Of a stretch of 64,000 nucleotides of DNA, positions 30,299-40,037 are shown in pieces (positions within the stretch are counted from its first letter, which is position 1; every line of letters starts with the position of its first letter). Origin of the DNA: Dehalococcoidia bacterium (GTDB lineage: Bacteria > Chloroflexota > Dehalococcoidia > Plut-88900); assembly GCA_965197585.1 (NCBI GenBank), contig OZ240215.1, forward strand, positions 1,184,001 through 1,248,000, written 5' to 3'. Position numbers and translations under genes: made by a program. Below the pieces are notes generated by a model. The model did no database searches. It had not been told where the DNA came from and saw only the letters and a list, made by a program, of their open reading frames with translations.

Positions 30299-31780
30299 AT
30301 GATCCGCACCCGCTCCCCTTACATCCCCATCCTCGCCGCCTGCTTCGGTGTATTCATCGCCGCCGACGACCAGGTAGTCGTCGTCACCATCTTACCCAGC
30401 ATCATGGGCGACTTCCGCCTGGGTGTCGACGACCTCAGCCAGGTCTCCTGGATCATCACCGGCTACCTCCTCGGCTACACCTGCGGCATGCCCCTTATCG
30501 GCAAGCTCTCCGACGTCTACGGCCACCGCACCGTCTACGTCTCAGCTATGCTCCTGTTCGCCGTCGGGTCCGTCCTCTGCGCCATCGCCAATGACCTCTG
30601 GCCCCTCGTCGCCTACCGGGTTATCCAGGCCGTCGGAGGAGGTGCGGTCATTCCCGTCACCATCGCCATGATCGGCCATCTCTTCCCTCCTGGTCGCCGA
30701 GCCCCCGCCCTCGGCCTACTCGGCGCCTCCGCGGAGTTCGGCGGCGTCATCGGGCCCATGTGGGGCGCTCTCCTGGACCACTTCCTCGACTGGAGATGGG
30801 TCTTCTGGATTAACGTCCCCCTCGTAGCCGCTTCCATCCTGCTCCTGCTCCTCCTGGTGCCCGGAGGAACGGGCCGGAAGACCCCCGTAGACTACCTGGG
30901 CGGCCTGTGGATCATGCTCAGCCTGGTCCTGTTTACCCTGTCCATATCCCGCTGGCCCGACTACCCACCCCTCGCCGCCGCCGGCATCGTCCTTTCCGTG
31001 GCCCTGGCCGCCGGTTTCATCTGGCGAGAAAGTCGGATTCCTTATCCCCTCATACCTCCGGCCCTGTTTCGCCGTGCCACGTTCTCCGGTGCGAACCTCA
31101 CCCATTTCCTGGTCGGGATCGGCCTCATCATCGCCATGGTCAACGTTCCCCTCATCACCGACACGGTAATGGGCAAAGAACCCCTGGAGGGCGGCCTCAG
31201 GCTGGTCCGGTTCACCGCTGCGATCCCCGTCGGCGGAATACTCGGTGGCCTTGCAGTATCGAAACTAGGTTACCGGCTCCCGACCGCCCTCGGCCTCACC
31301 CTTGCCGCCGTCTCTTTCTTCCTCATGATGGGCTGGGACACCTCCCTCACCGACCCCGCACTGACCATACACCTCGTCATCGGCGGTTTCGGATTTGGCC
31401 TCGTCATCGCGCCCATCGCCGCCGCTGCTGTCGACTCGTCCCCCTCTGCCCACCGAGGGTCGGCCTCTGGTCTCCTCACTGTCATGCGCCTTATGGGAAT
31501 GACCGTCGGCCTCGCAGCCATCGCCGCCTGGGGCACCGACCGATTCGACATCCTTGTCCGTGACATCGACCTCCCCTTCACCGACCCCGACTACATCTCC
31601 CGTGTCTCGGAGGCCGGCCTTTCCGTCTTCGAAGGTTTCTTCCTCGTCGCGTTCGTCGTGTCACTGGTAGCCTTGGTCCCGGCCTTCTTTATGAAACGCG
31701 TCCCTGCTGATGTAGAATTAGTTGAAAGTCCGCCAAGGCGGGAGGAGGTCGGGCCCGGACCCACGACACCTGCCCACTGA
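30299..31780 (+). CDS. 14-TM MFS transporter, P55/Rv1410c-like
   Basis: AADDQVVVVTIL...WIITGYLLGY...MPLIGKLSD, SAEFG, MRLMGM, AWG...RF resemble mycobacterial P55. Lies downstream of the LprG-like gene. Confidence 0.82.
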   Translation: MIRTRSPYIPILAACFGVFIAADDQVVVVTILPSIMGDFRLGVDDLSQVSWIITGYLLGYTCGMPLIGKLSDVYGHRTVYVSAMLLFAVGSVLCAIANDLWPLVAYRVIQAVGGGAVIPVTIAMIGHLFPPGRRAPALGLLGASAEFGGVIGPMWGALLDHFLDWRWVFWINVPLVAASILLLLLLVPGGTGRKTPVDYLGGLWIMLSLVLFTLSISRWPDYPPLAAAGIVLSVALAAGFIWRESRIPYPLIPPALFRRATFSGANLTHFLVGIGLIIAMVNVPLITDTVMGKEPLEGGLRLVRFTAAIPVGGILGGLAVSKLGYRLPTALGLTLAAVSFFLMMGWDTSLTDPALTIHLVIGGFGFGLVIAPIAAAAVDSSPSAHRGSASGLLTVMRLMGMTVGLAAIAAWGTDRFDILVRDIDLPFTDPDYISRVSEAGLSVFEGFFLVAFVVSLVALVPAFFMKRVPADVELVESPPRREEVGPGPTTPAH

Positions 31781-31790
31781 CCCCAGGAAG

Positions 31791-32264
31791 ATGCTCGATT
31801 TGCCAGAAAACAAACCCAACGGAGACACAACCCCCACCGATATCGCCGGCGACGCGCCTCCCGACCGGAGGGAAGCACTCTTTGCTCCGCCCCGGCGTGC
31901 CGTTGTCCCTCTTCCCGTATACAAACACAAACTGCTCAAGGGCATTTCTTCCAGGTTGCAGGCACATTTCGGCGCCTGGAGCGTAGAACGCTTTCTGGCG
32001 GCATTGTTTTTCATCTTTGCCTTTGGTGTGCTCGGAGTCTTCATCGCCGATACCCTTCTCTGCCCAGAGGGCACGGGTGTCCGATTCTGGGACGGATGCC
32101 TTTACGATGTCCTCGGCTTCGGTGTTGGGGGTGGGGTGATTGGATTTGCCGCCTTTGTCTATCTCCTTCGACTCCTTTCCTTACGTCGCGACAACCCCAC
32201 CGCCCTTCATATATTGCTCAGACAATTTCTAAAATCTAACGTCACCCATCGGGAGGCCCAATGA
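31791..32264 (+). CDS. Hypothetical membrane protein (2 TM, Cys pair in the loop)
   Basis: Two hydrophobic stretches, ATG after AGGA. Stop overlaps the sppA start (ATGA). Confidence 0.6.
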   Translation: MLDLPENKPNGDTTPTDIAGDAPPDRREALFAPPRRAVVPLPVYKHKLLKGISSRLQAHFGAWSVERFLAALFFIFAFGVLGVFIADTLLCPEGTGVRFWDGCLYDVLGFGVGGGVIGFAAFVYLLRLLSLRRDNPTALHILLRQFLKSNVTHREAQ

Positions 32265-33205
32265 AGTTTCCAAAAGAGTCCTATCTGCTTCCCCTCGGCC
32301 TTGCCGCCGCCGGAATAGGCTTCGAAGTTGTCCGACGCGCTGCCTCGGCCGCAGCCGCCTACGTCCCCAACGCCGAGGCCGCTTCCGCCACCGTGGAGTC
32401 GCGCCCTTCCATCTGGAGCCTTGCACTGCCTATTCAGCCCCGCATCGCCATCGTCGAGCTTTTCGGCGCAATTCAGGGCGGCGCCAAGGTCGGCGAGTCC
32501 GTTCGCCTTATTGATACCCTCAAGACCGACAAGCGTGTCCGCGCCGTCATCATCGAGATCGATTCCCCCGGCGGCTCCGCCCCCGCCTCCGAGTACCTCT
32601 ACGGAGCCGTGTCTCGCCTGGCTGCCAGGAAACCCGTAATCGCCTTTGTCAGAGGCGTGGGTGCTTCCGGGTCGTATATGGTCGCCTGTGGGGCCACCAA
32701 GATCATCGCACTTCCCAGCTCCATCATCGGCTCCATTGGCGTGATTTCCATCGGCCCCGTGGCCAAAGACCTGCTCAAGCGCATCGGTATCGACGTGACC
32801 GTTTCCAAGAGCGGGCCCTACAAGGACATGGGCGCCCTTTACCGCGACCCGACCAATGAAGAGTTGCAGAAGCGGGACGAGCTGATTGGCCAGTTCTTCG
32901 ACAATTTCGTCGACTTGGTCGCCAGGTCCCGTGGCATGTCCCGGGACAACGTCCTCAAATACGCCACCGGCGAGGTCTTCACCGGCAGAAGGGCCGCCGA
33001 GTACCGCCTCATCGACGAAGTCGCCGACATGGACCGGGCAATCGAGCTCGCATCAGAGCTCGGCGAGGTTCCCCCCAAGGTCGTCTACGCCCGACCCAGA
33101 AGGCCCCTCTTCCAAAAACTCTTCTCCCGAGTCGGCTCCTCCTTCGCTGAAGAAATCGCCGAATCCGTCGAATCTCGCCTGGGCGGCTACGTCCACTACC
33201 GCTAA
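32261..33205 (+). CDS. sppA: Signal peptide peptidase SppA (S49)
   Basis: IDSPGGS, GASGSY, GSIGV, SGPYKD, GEVFTG, LIDEV. Confidence 0.92.
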   Translation: MKFPKESYLLPLGLAAAGIGFEVVRRAASAAAAYVPNAEAASATVESRPSIWSLALPIQPRIAIVELFGAIQGGAKVGESVRLIDTLKTDKRVRAVIIEIDSPGGSAPASEYLYGAVSRLAARKPVIAFVRGVGASGSYMVACGATKIIALPSSIIGSIGVISIGPVAKDLLKRIGIDVTVSKSGPYKDMGALYRDPTNEELQKRDELIGQFFDNFVDLVARSRGMSRDNVLKYATGEVFTGRRAAEYRLIDEVADMDRAIELASELGEVPPKVVYARPRRPLFQKLFSRVGSSFAEEIAESVESRLGGYVHYR

Positions 33206-33338
33206 CCCACCCGTGCCCCAACATACGGCTCATCCTCGGGGGAGGGATTCCGCTCGCCCTGTCGAAGATGGAACATCCGCCCGTGGAGGATCCACCTTAG
33301 GCGGGAGGCACTCAAAAGGTCGAGAGGGCGCATTCCCC

Positions 33339-34964
33339 CTACCCCTCACCCACATACAACTCCGTCTCCGGGAAGAACGCCCGCCACCCGAACCAGAAGC
33401 TGGTCCGGCCCGCAATCCGCGCCAGTTCGTCACCGCTGCCATCCAGTGCTTCCAGGCTCGCGTCTCCCACCAGCCACTCTACTCCGTTCTCATCCACCAG
33501 CGTCGTTCTTCCCTCCTCGCCGAGAAGGCTGACGAACCTCGCCCCCGCGCGCTCATATGCCACAACGGCTTTTGTCCCCGGATTCCCCACAAGCACTAGT
33601 TCGGTCCCACCGACTTCATCGTTCACCAACCCTTCACTGCCCACAACCTCCACCGGATAAGCCTTTCCTTTCCCGCCTATTTCAATTCCGTATACAACAT
33701 CCTTCACTTGCAAACGCTCGTCATACTCCCCGACCGGGAACCACAGTTCCTCACTCCCGAAGTAGTCCGTGTACGCCGCCCCGAACTCCCCTTCCGACGA
33801 GTAGTTGCGCGGGTATCCCGTGTTTATGTCTAGTGCCAGTGTGTCGGGGTGAGCCGCTAGCCAATCGCCCCACGTGGTCAGAGTCACCGGCCGTATATTC
33901 AGCCGCACTCCCGAGTCGACCAGCGACCCCGTCACTGGCACGCCGGTGAACTGGTTCCACAGGCCGCCGGTGGTCAGGTCGTACATCAGCTTGTTGCTGA
34001 AATACAGAAGGCCGGAGCTGCGGAACACGTACATGTCGCCGTCCACGTCAGTGTCGTACAGAATCCCGGACCCGCAGAGAGTGCAGTAGGCAAGCGCCAC
34101 CGGCACCCCACCCACCACGTCGTTCGCCATTTCGTGCCAGTTCATTATCCGCAACGGATAGGCCCTTGCATCTCCGTTTATGGACACCCCGAAGACGCGG
34201 TCAGTGGTTTCCAGGTAGGCCGCCTCATCCCCCTCGACCATCGCCGGGTTCACCAGTGACGGAATCGATCTCGACGACCCATCGTCCTGTAACACCCCGC
34301 CCCACACCAAGAACCGCAGGTCCAGATCTATCGTCGCAGGGTCTATAAGTTCGCCGTCATCCGAGGTGAAATAGCTCCTGAACGGGGGATCGATATCGCT
34401 CAGCAAGTCCACCTTCCACCGAAAATAGCCCTCCGGCAGCTGTAAGTCGGGTTGTTGAGCCAGCCATTCGACCCATGCCTTGCTATCGTATTCGAAACTC
34501 TGGCCCGAGAGCTGTTGCATTACGGGAATTACCTGCTCCGCGTTGAAGAGCAATTCATTACGGGTCAACGGCACCTGGATAAAGTCCGTCAGCACAGCAA
34601 CAAACGCCGGGTCCCCCGAATCCGCGATCTCCCGAAGAGCGGTCTGAGCGGTAATGTTTCCGGGGTCGCTCACCCGGTCCTGGCTCAGCCGGTGAAGCAG
34701 GTCCACCATCCCGCTCTCACCCGCCTCCGCCTGCACGGTGGGATCGGGTTCCGAGGTCGCAGGCGTCTCCGTTTCACCAGTCGGGGCTTCCGTAACCCCG
34801 GGGCTCGACACCGCCACCGGTGTCAGCTCTACAACAGGGGTTGGCTCCTCGTCCTCCCCTCCTCCCCCACACCCCGCAATCACCCCCAGCGACGCCAGCA
34901 TGACCACGGCGACACCTACGGCCAGGAACATCGGTTTTCGGATACGACGAAGATGATTGAACAT
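33339..34964 (-). CDS. DUF3179-family lipoprotein with CxxC
   Basis: Lipobox VIAGC, acidic linker, RAYPLRIMNWHEMAND, YCTLCGSG, SGLLYFSNKLMYD, FWFGWRAFFPET. Confidence 0.85.
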   Translation of the reverse strand: MFNHLRRIRKPMFLAVGVAVVMLASLGVIAGCGGGGEDEEPTPVVELTPVAVSSPGVTEAPTGETETPATSEPDPTVQAEAGESGMVDLLHRLSQDRVSDPGNITAQTALREIADSGDPAFVAVLTDFIQVPLTRNELLFNAEQVIPVMQQLSGQSFEYDSKAWVEWLAQQPDLQLPEGYFRWKVDLLSDIDPPFRSYFTSDDGELIDPATIDLDLRFLVWGGVLQDDGSSRSIPSLVNPAMVEGDEAAYLETTDRVFGVSINGDARAYPLRIMNWHEMANDVVGGVPVALAYCTLCGSGILYDTDVDGDMYVFRSSGLLYFSNKLMYDLTTGGLWNQFTGVPVTGSLVDSGVRLNIRPVTLTTWGDWLAAHPDTLALDINTGYPRNYSSEGEFGAAYTDYFGSEELWFPVGEYDERLQVKDVVYGIEIGGKGKAYPVEVVGSEGLVNDEVGGTELVLVGNPGTKAVVAYERAGARFVSLLGEEGRTTLVDENGVEWLVGDASLEALDGSGDELARIAGRTSFWFGWRAFFPETELYVGEG

Positions 34965-35038
34965 CAATAGGACACCGCCTGCTTGAAAGTTCGGGCGCGC
35001 TAGTCTAACACCCCCCTCCCCCATGTGACACGAACCCC

Positions 35039-35084
35039 TTGCCACGTGCGCCTGTATGCCTTATCATTACAGAACATTTATTCG
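35039..35084 (+). promoter_or_regulatory. Sigma70 promoter followed by a LexA/DinR-like box
   Basis: TTGCCA (35039-44), 17 bp spacer, TATCAT (35062-67). AGAAC-ATTT-ATTCG (35071-84) has one mismatch to GAAC-N4-GTTC. AAGGAGG follows. Confidence 0.6.
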
Positions 35085-35105
35085 AATAAGGAGGATCATA
35101 ACCCT

Positions 35106-35414
35106 ATGCCCAGTGGAGGACCCCGCCCCGGAGCGGGCGCACCTAGAGGAAACCGAAACCGCCTGCGACACGGCCTTGCATCCAAATACGTCCAGGAAAC
35201 CCTCCTTCCCGCCCTCGCCCCCTATCCCGACCTCTATCGCTGGTTTTTGAACTTCCAGCGCAACGCCCGCCGCAGCAAGAAGGCCCAACGCGGCTCATCC
35301 GCCTCCATCATCGAAACTCTCATCTTCATCTCCGAACTCCCCGCCAATCATCCCCGCCGACGCTCTGCCCTTCAGGCCCTTAACCACAAACTGCAACGCG
35401 CCCTGAGCTTTTAA
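35106..35414 (+). CDS. Small basic protein with GGxRPGAGAPxGNxNxxxHG motif
   Basis: Strong SD plus ATG. The N-terminus resembles the Gly/Pro motif of some phage terminase small subunits. Arg/Lys-rich. Confidence 0.7.
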   Translation: MPSGGPRPGAGAPRGNRNRLRHGLASKYVQETLLPALAPYPDLYRWFLNFQRNARRSKKAQRGSSASIIETLIFISELPANHPRRRSALQALNHKLQRALSF

Positions 35415-35550
35415 CCCCCTCCATCCCTCTCCTTCCCCACTACGCTTATGTCAATCTCCACCACCCATCCCCCCACTCAAAAACCGCTCTGCCGCCTTTT
35501 ATTTTCCTTTCAGGCGTCATTCAATCAAAACAGCTACGAATTCAATCGAG

Positions 35551-35655
35551 CTTCAATCAAGTCCAATCATCCTTCAATCAAGTCTAATCATCCTTCAATC
35601 AAGTCTAATCATCCTTCAATCAAGTCCAATCGTCCCTCAATCAAGTCCAATCATC
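35551..35655 (+). repeat. Tandem repeat, 5 x 21 bp (CTTCAATCAAGTCYAATCATC)
   Basis: Units start at 35551, 35572, 35593, 35614 and 35635 with no spacers. Confidence 0.95.
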
Positions 35656-35840
35656 CCCCATCGCACCCAATCCCATGTCAACCGATGGTCAATCCGACTC
35701 AATCGTTGCCAACCCTTCAGCCCCCGATATTCCCGCTCTTGGCGTATCCCTCTCCCGTGCCTTAAGATAACCGCACACTGAGAGCCCTCAACCCACTAAC
35801 TAACGCCCCCGCCAAACCCGACCAACACAAACACAACGAC

Positions 35841-36275
35841 ATGCTAGCCACAACACCTCACCGCCTCCAGGTCGCAGGGACCAGGTTGGTCAAAGGCATC
35901 ATATTTTTGGTACTCGGATTCCTTGTGGGCGCAATTGCCGGGGCGCTTTCGGGCGCAGTTCTGGGCGCTCTATTGGCCCTCGTCCTGGGCGGCTCTGTAG
36001 AAGTGCTGCGGGTCGCCGCAGCAGTGGCGGTCATAGGCATGCTCGTCGGCATCTTGGCCGGCATCCTGACCATCTTGATGACGAGCTTGGGAATCGGCGT
36101 TAAGTACCTCATTGCCGCGGTCGCCACTGTAATCGGCGCAGTCGTGGGCGGTTTCCTCGGCGGCTTTGAAGGGGCAGGCATCTTCGCTGTAGTCGGCGCA
36201 TCCACCGGCGGACTCTTCATCATCGCCCTCCGCCTCGACCCCCGCACCCGCCCCACCCCCACCCCCGGACCTTGA
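35841..36275 (+). CDS. Gly/Ala-rich membrane protein (glycine-zipper-like)
   Basis: Nearly continuous hydrophobic sequence with repeated GxxxG motifs. Confidence 0.7.
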   Translation: MLATTPHRLQVAGTRLVKGIIFLVLGFLVGAIAGALSGAVLGALLALVLGGSVEVLRVAAAVAVIGMLVGILAGILTILMTSLGIGVKYLIAAVATVIGAVVGGFLGGFEGAGIFAVVGASTGGLFIIALRLDPRTRPTPTPGP

Positions 36276-36460
36276 AACACTATCATTATGTCTAGTAACA
36301 CCACCCAAATGCCCCTACCCCCACACCATTCGAAGGGCACTCCTTTGGCCATGTCATTCCGAGGCTCCGCGAGGAATCTAGGACTTGCCCACTCACGTTT
36401 CTCAGCCCCACGCTCCCCTCATAATGCCCACCCCACCAATCCCCGAAAGGCGGTAACACC

Positions 36461-37597
36461 ATGACAGCCCAGGTTATCGACGTAGACGGCCACATCCTCG
36501 AGCCCTCTTCCCTCTGGTCCGACAACATCGCACCCGAATTCAAGTCCCGCGCCCTCCGCATCGAGATCGACGAGGAGGGCCTCGAGTACTGGAGCTTCGA
36601 TGGAAGGGCGATCAGCACCTACTCCAAGGGCCGAAGCGCCAACGTCGCCGCCATAGGCACGACCCGCGAGTGGCGCAAGGAGCACGTCTTCGATAAGCGC
36701 GACATCACCTGGGAACAGGCCCTCGCCCGTGTCCCCGGCGCCTGGGACCCCGACGAGCGGGTCAAGATGATGACCGCCGAAGGCATCGACATGAGCATCC
36801 TATACCCCACTCTCGGCCTCGCCTTTGCCCGTATGGAAGATGCCAAGCTCTCCGCCGCCTACTGCAGCGTCTACAACGACTGGATCGTCGACTTCTGCTC
36901 AGCCCACCCCGACCGCCTTATGCCCGCTCTCACCCTCCCCTGGCACGACGTCGACCTCAGCGTCCGGGAGATGCAGCGCTTCTCCGGCCTCGAAAAGAAG
37001 GCCGTTCAGGCCCCCTCTGGCCCCGCCAAGGACATTTCCTTCGGCGCAACCCACTGGGACGCCCTGTGGGCCGAGCACCAGGAACAGGGCATTCCCGTAT
37101 CCCTCCACGTCGGCTCCGCCGGCACTTCCGCATCCAAGCTGCTGCACCCGGAGATTAAGCACCCGTCATGGTGGACCTTCACCGTAGAGTCCACCGAGCT
37201 TATGAACAGCTTCTGCAGCTTCTTCCAGGGCACGGTATTCGACAGGTTCCCCGACCTCAAGATCCTCATCCTCGAATCGGGCTGCCTCTGGATGCCCTAC
37301 TTCCTCGAAAGAATGGACGAGACCTTTGAGCTCATCGGCTTCACCACCGACTTGAAGAACAAGCCCAGCGATTACTTCAACGAACGAGGCTGGATTTCCA
37401 TGGAACCCGACGACGAACTCGGCGCCGCCACGGCCAAGCTAATGGGCGCCGATAGGCTCGTCTGGGCTTTCGACTACCCCCACAGCGATTCCTGCGAGGA
37501 ACCCGTAGCAAGACTGAAGGAGAGCCTCAGCGAGCTTCCCCCCGAGGACCAGGCCAAGGTGATGGGCCTCAACGTTCGGGAGATCTACGGACTATAG
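36461..37597 (+). CDS. Amidohydrolase (Amidohydro_2 / ACMSD-like)
   Basis: IDVDGHILEP, LYPT, YNDW, LHVG, FDRFPDLK...ESG, DYPHSD. Confidence 0.9.
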   Translation: MTAQVIDVDGHILEPSSLWSDNIAPEFKSRALRIEIDEEGLEYWSFDGRAISTYSKGRSANVAAIGTTREWRKEHVFDKRDITWEQALARVPGAWDPDERVKMMTAEGIDMSILYPTLGLAFARMEDAKLSAAYCSVYNDWIVDFCSAHPDRLMPALTLPWHDVDLSVREMQRFSGLEKKAVQAPSGPAKDISFGATHWDALWAEHQEQGIPVSLHVGSAGTSASKLLHPEIKHPSWWTFTVESTELMNSFCSFFQGTVFDRFPDLKILILESGCLWMPYFLERMDETFELIGFTTDLKNKPSDYFNERGWISMEPDDELGAATAKLMGADRLVWAFDYPHSDSCEEPVARLKESLSELPPEDQAKVMGLNVREIYGL

Positions 37598-38841
37598 CTC
37601 TTCCGCCTGAATCCGTTTGCGGTCACAAGGACCCCGGACACGGCTATTGCCGCCGAGAACGAGCAGGTGATGATCATCGCCAGCCGCAAGTCTCCGGTCG
37701 AGTCCTGTAGAAAGCCCGTAAGGGCCGGGCCGATAGCCCCTCCGGCAAGTAGGCATGTCTCAATGAAGCCTATGCCTACGGCAATGTCCCGTGCCCCGAA
37801 ACCTGGCAGCCTGTAGGGCAGCGTCCAGACGAAGGGGACCAGGGAAAACCCGACTCCGTGCATGAGAGCGAAAACGATAAGTAACGGCATGTTCCCCGTC
37901 CAGGCCATCCCCACCGAGCCCACACAGACCAATGTCCCCAATACCGCGATAGATGGGCCCATAAAGTCCCTGTGAGCCCACTTCGCCACGAAATACCCGA
38001 CAACCACGCTCCCGGTGCCCTCTACCATCGCCGCCATCGCGAACATTTGCCCGGACGTCTTGACGGGAAAGCCATATTCTTCCAGCAGCAGTGTGGGCCA
38101 AAAGGTTATTAGGGAGCTCCATGTCAGGTTCAGCCCCATCATCCCCAGCCCCACCACCCACAAAACACGGTGCCGCCCGAGCGTCTTGCCTAAGTTGAGG
38201 GACTCTTTACCCCCCAGTGCCGCCGACGCCGCCGCTCCCTGACGTCGGCCCTGCACCGCCCACGCAATTGTGAACACGAATATCGGCAGTGAGCTTATCA
38301 GGATGACCAGTCTCCAATTGTTGTCCAGCCATTCGAGAACAAAGGGAAGAAGCCCCAGGGCCATCAAAGCTGCGATTCCGTAGGTCCCGTTGAACAAGCC
38401 ATTGGCGAAGATGATCTCGCGCCTCGGGAACCACTGGTTTATGAGCAGCGTACGCGCCGGGTGCATCGCCGCGGCAGCCTGCCCGAACAGCCACCGGCTT
38501 ACCAGCAATATTGCAAACACCGGCGCCCATGCCTGCCCGACCCCGAACACGCTCATGGCAACAAGCGCCCCCAGCAGGACTATCCTCCCGCTGTACCGCG
38601 ACAGCACGATACTCAACGGCAGCGCCAATACGAGGTTCCCGAACAGCGCCGACGACCCCAACAAACCCTGCATGGTAGGAGAAAGTCCAAGGTCTTTGGA
38701 GATGGAGGGAAGCATGACGCCCAAAGAGAGGACAAACAGGACGACAGTCCCATTGGCAAGCCCCAGGTGAGTTAAGACCACCCACCGAAACCCGATCTTC
38801 TCCTCAGTCTCTACGCCGAGACCCTGTGAATCTACAGTCAT
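37585..38841 (-). CDS. MFS transporter
   Basis: About 12 hydrophobic helices, QWFPRRE, GPALTGFLQDSTG. Confidence 0.88.
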   Translation of the reverse strand: MTVDSQGLGVETEEKIGFRWVVLTHLGLANGTVVLFVLSLGVMLPSISKDLGLSPTMQGLLGSSALFGNLVLALPLSIVLSRYSGRIVLLGALVAMSVFGVGQAWAPVFAILLVSRWLFGQAAAAMHPARTLLINQWFPRREIIFANGLFNGTYGIAALMALGLLPFVLEWLDNNWRLVILISSLPIFVFTIAWAVQGRRQGAAASAALGGKESLNLGKTLGRHRVLWVVGLGMMGLNLTWSSLITFWPTLLLEEYGFPVKTSGQMFAMAAMVEGTGSVVVGYFVAKWAHRDFMGPSIAVLGTLVCVGSVGMAWTGNMPLLIVFALMHGVGFSLVPFVWTLPYRLPGFGARDIAVGIGFIETCLLAGGAIGPALTGFLQDSTGDLRLAMIITCSFSAAIAVSGVLVTANGFRRKSYSP

Positions 38842-38981
38842 TACTCGCTTTCTCTATCTCCTCTCCCCCAACAAGCCCCAGATACCCCGAGGTGCGCGCC
38901 TCGCAAACCGCCCATCCCTAAGCGCCAATGCAGTGTCCTGTCCCCTCTCCCTAGATGTGACCTTTGCATAACTGTCATTCC

Positions 38982-40037
38982 TGTAAGTGTTAGGTAATTC
39001 GTTGACAGATTGGTATAAGAGGCCAACACCAATCTGGAGGCGAGAATGCGAGACAATAGCAAGGACCTCACCCTTGAGCGGAACTACATTCAGAAGTGGC
39101 GGTTCCTCATCCATGAGTATCAACTGGTCAAGGCAGGGAAGCATCCCCGTTTCCGCTTCGCCCAGGACTTCTACTCCTTCCACGGCACTAGCCGTCAGAC
39201 CTTCGCCAAGTACTACAACCGGTTCCTCCTTTCCCCCTCCGACAACGCCTTCCTCCCCCGTAAGCGGGGTCCCGGGTGGAAGTCCCGCCGCACCCTGCCC
39301 TACATTGAGCAGAAGGTCATCAACGAGCGCCTTAACGGTACCAACCGTTACGAGATCTATGCCATACTCAAACCCATCCTTAAACACAACACCCCTAAGC
39401 CCTCCACCATCTACGCCATCACCAGACGCCACGGTTTCAATAGGCTCACAAAGCCGATGCAGCAGTCGAAGCGCAAGATCATCAAGACCCGGGCAGGAGA
39501 GCTGGGCCACCTGGACAGCCACTACCTCAGCCGGGATACCATCGTGGGCACCAAGCACCGCTACTACCTGGTGGGCCTCATCGACGCCTACACCCGTCTG
39601 GCCTGGGCCGAAGTGGTCGGAGACATCAAGAGTCTCTCCGTTATGTTTGCTACTCTGAAGTCCATCAATTTCCTTAACGTGGAGTACGGCATCCAATTCG
39701 AGGCCATCCTCACCGACAACGGCCCCGAGATGGCCTCCCCAAGGAACACCGAGGGCCACCCCATGGAACGGATGCTCAATGAGCTGGGCATAAAGCACCG
39801 CTACACCCGCCCTTATAGGCCCCAGACCAACGGGAAGATAGAGCGGTTCTGGAGAACCTTGAACGAGGACCTGCTGGAGGGGACAACCTTCGAATCGGTC
39901 TCGGAACTGAAGGACGAGCTTCAGCAATACCTGATCTACTACAATACTCAGAGACCCCACCAGGCAATGGACGGAAAGACCCCTTTGGAGACCCTTAAAT
40001 CCACCTAATTCTGTCAACGAATTACCTGACATCCACA
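38982..40037 (+). mobile_element. IS481-family insertion sequence, 1056 bp
   Basis: TGT...ACA ends, 28-bp imperfect TIRs (24/28 identical), 5-bp target duplication ATTCC (38977-81, 40038-42). Confidence 0.92.
39046..40008 (+). CDS. IS481-family transposase (rve integrase core)
   Basis: GELGHLD, IDAYTR, LTDNGPE, RPYRPQTNGKIERFWRTL, YYNTQRPHQ. Confidence 0.93.
   Translation: MRDNSKDLTLERNYIQKWRFLIHEYQLVKAGKHPRFRFAQDFYSFHGTSRQTFAKYYNRFLLSPSDNAFLPRKRGPGWKSRRTLPYIEQKVINERLNGTNRYEIYAILKPILKHNTPKPSTIYAITRRHGFNRLTKPMQQSKRKIIKTRAGELGHLDSHYLSRDTIVGTKHRYYLVGLIDAYTRLAWAEVVGDIKSLSVMFATLKSINFLNVEYGIQFEAILTDNGPEMASPRNTEGHPMERMLNELGIKHRYTRPYRPQTNGKIERFWRTLNEDLLEGTTFESVSELKDELQQYLIYYNTQRPHQAMDGKTPLETLKST

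Noticed and set aside
34070-34090. Selenoprotein form of DUF3179
   Set aside because: The motif is encoded as Cys-Thr-Leu-Cys with no in-frame TGA.
35106-35414. Prophage
   Set aside because: Only a short terminase-like motif. There is no large terminase, portal, capsid or integrase gene nearby.
35551-35655. CRISPR array
   Set aside because: The units are contiguous with no unique spacers, and there are no cas genes in the window.
35448-35765. ORF encoding SIKSNHP repeats
   Set aside because: No SD, low-complexity product, and it is explained by the 21-bp DNA repeat. Not called as a gene.
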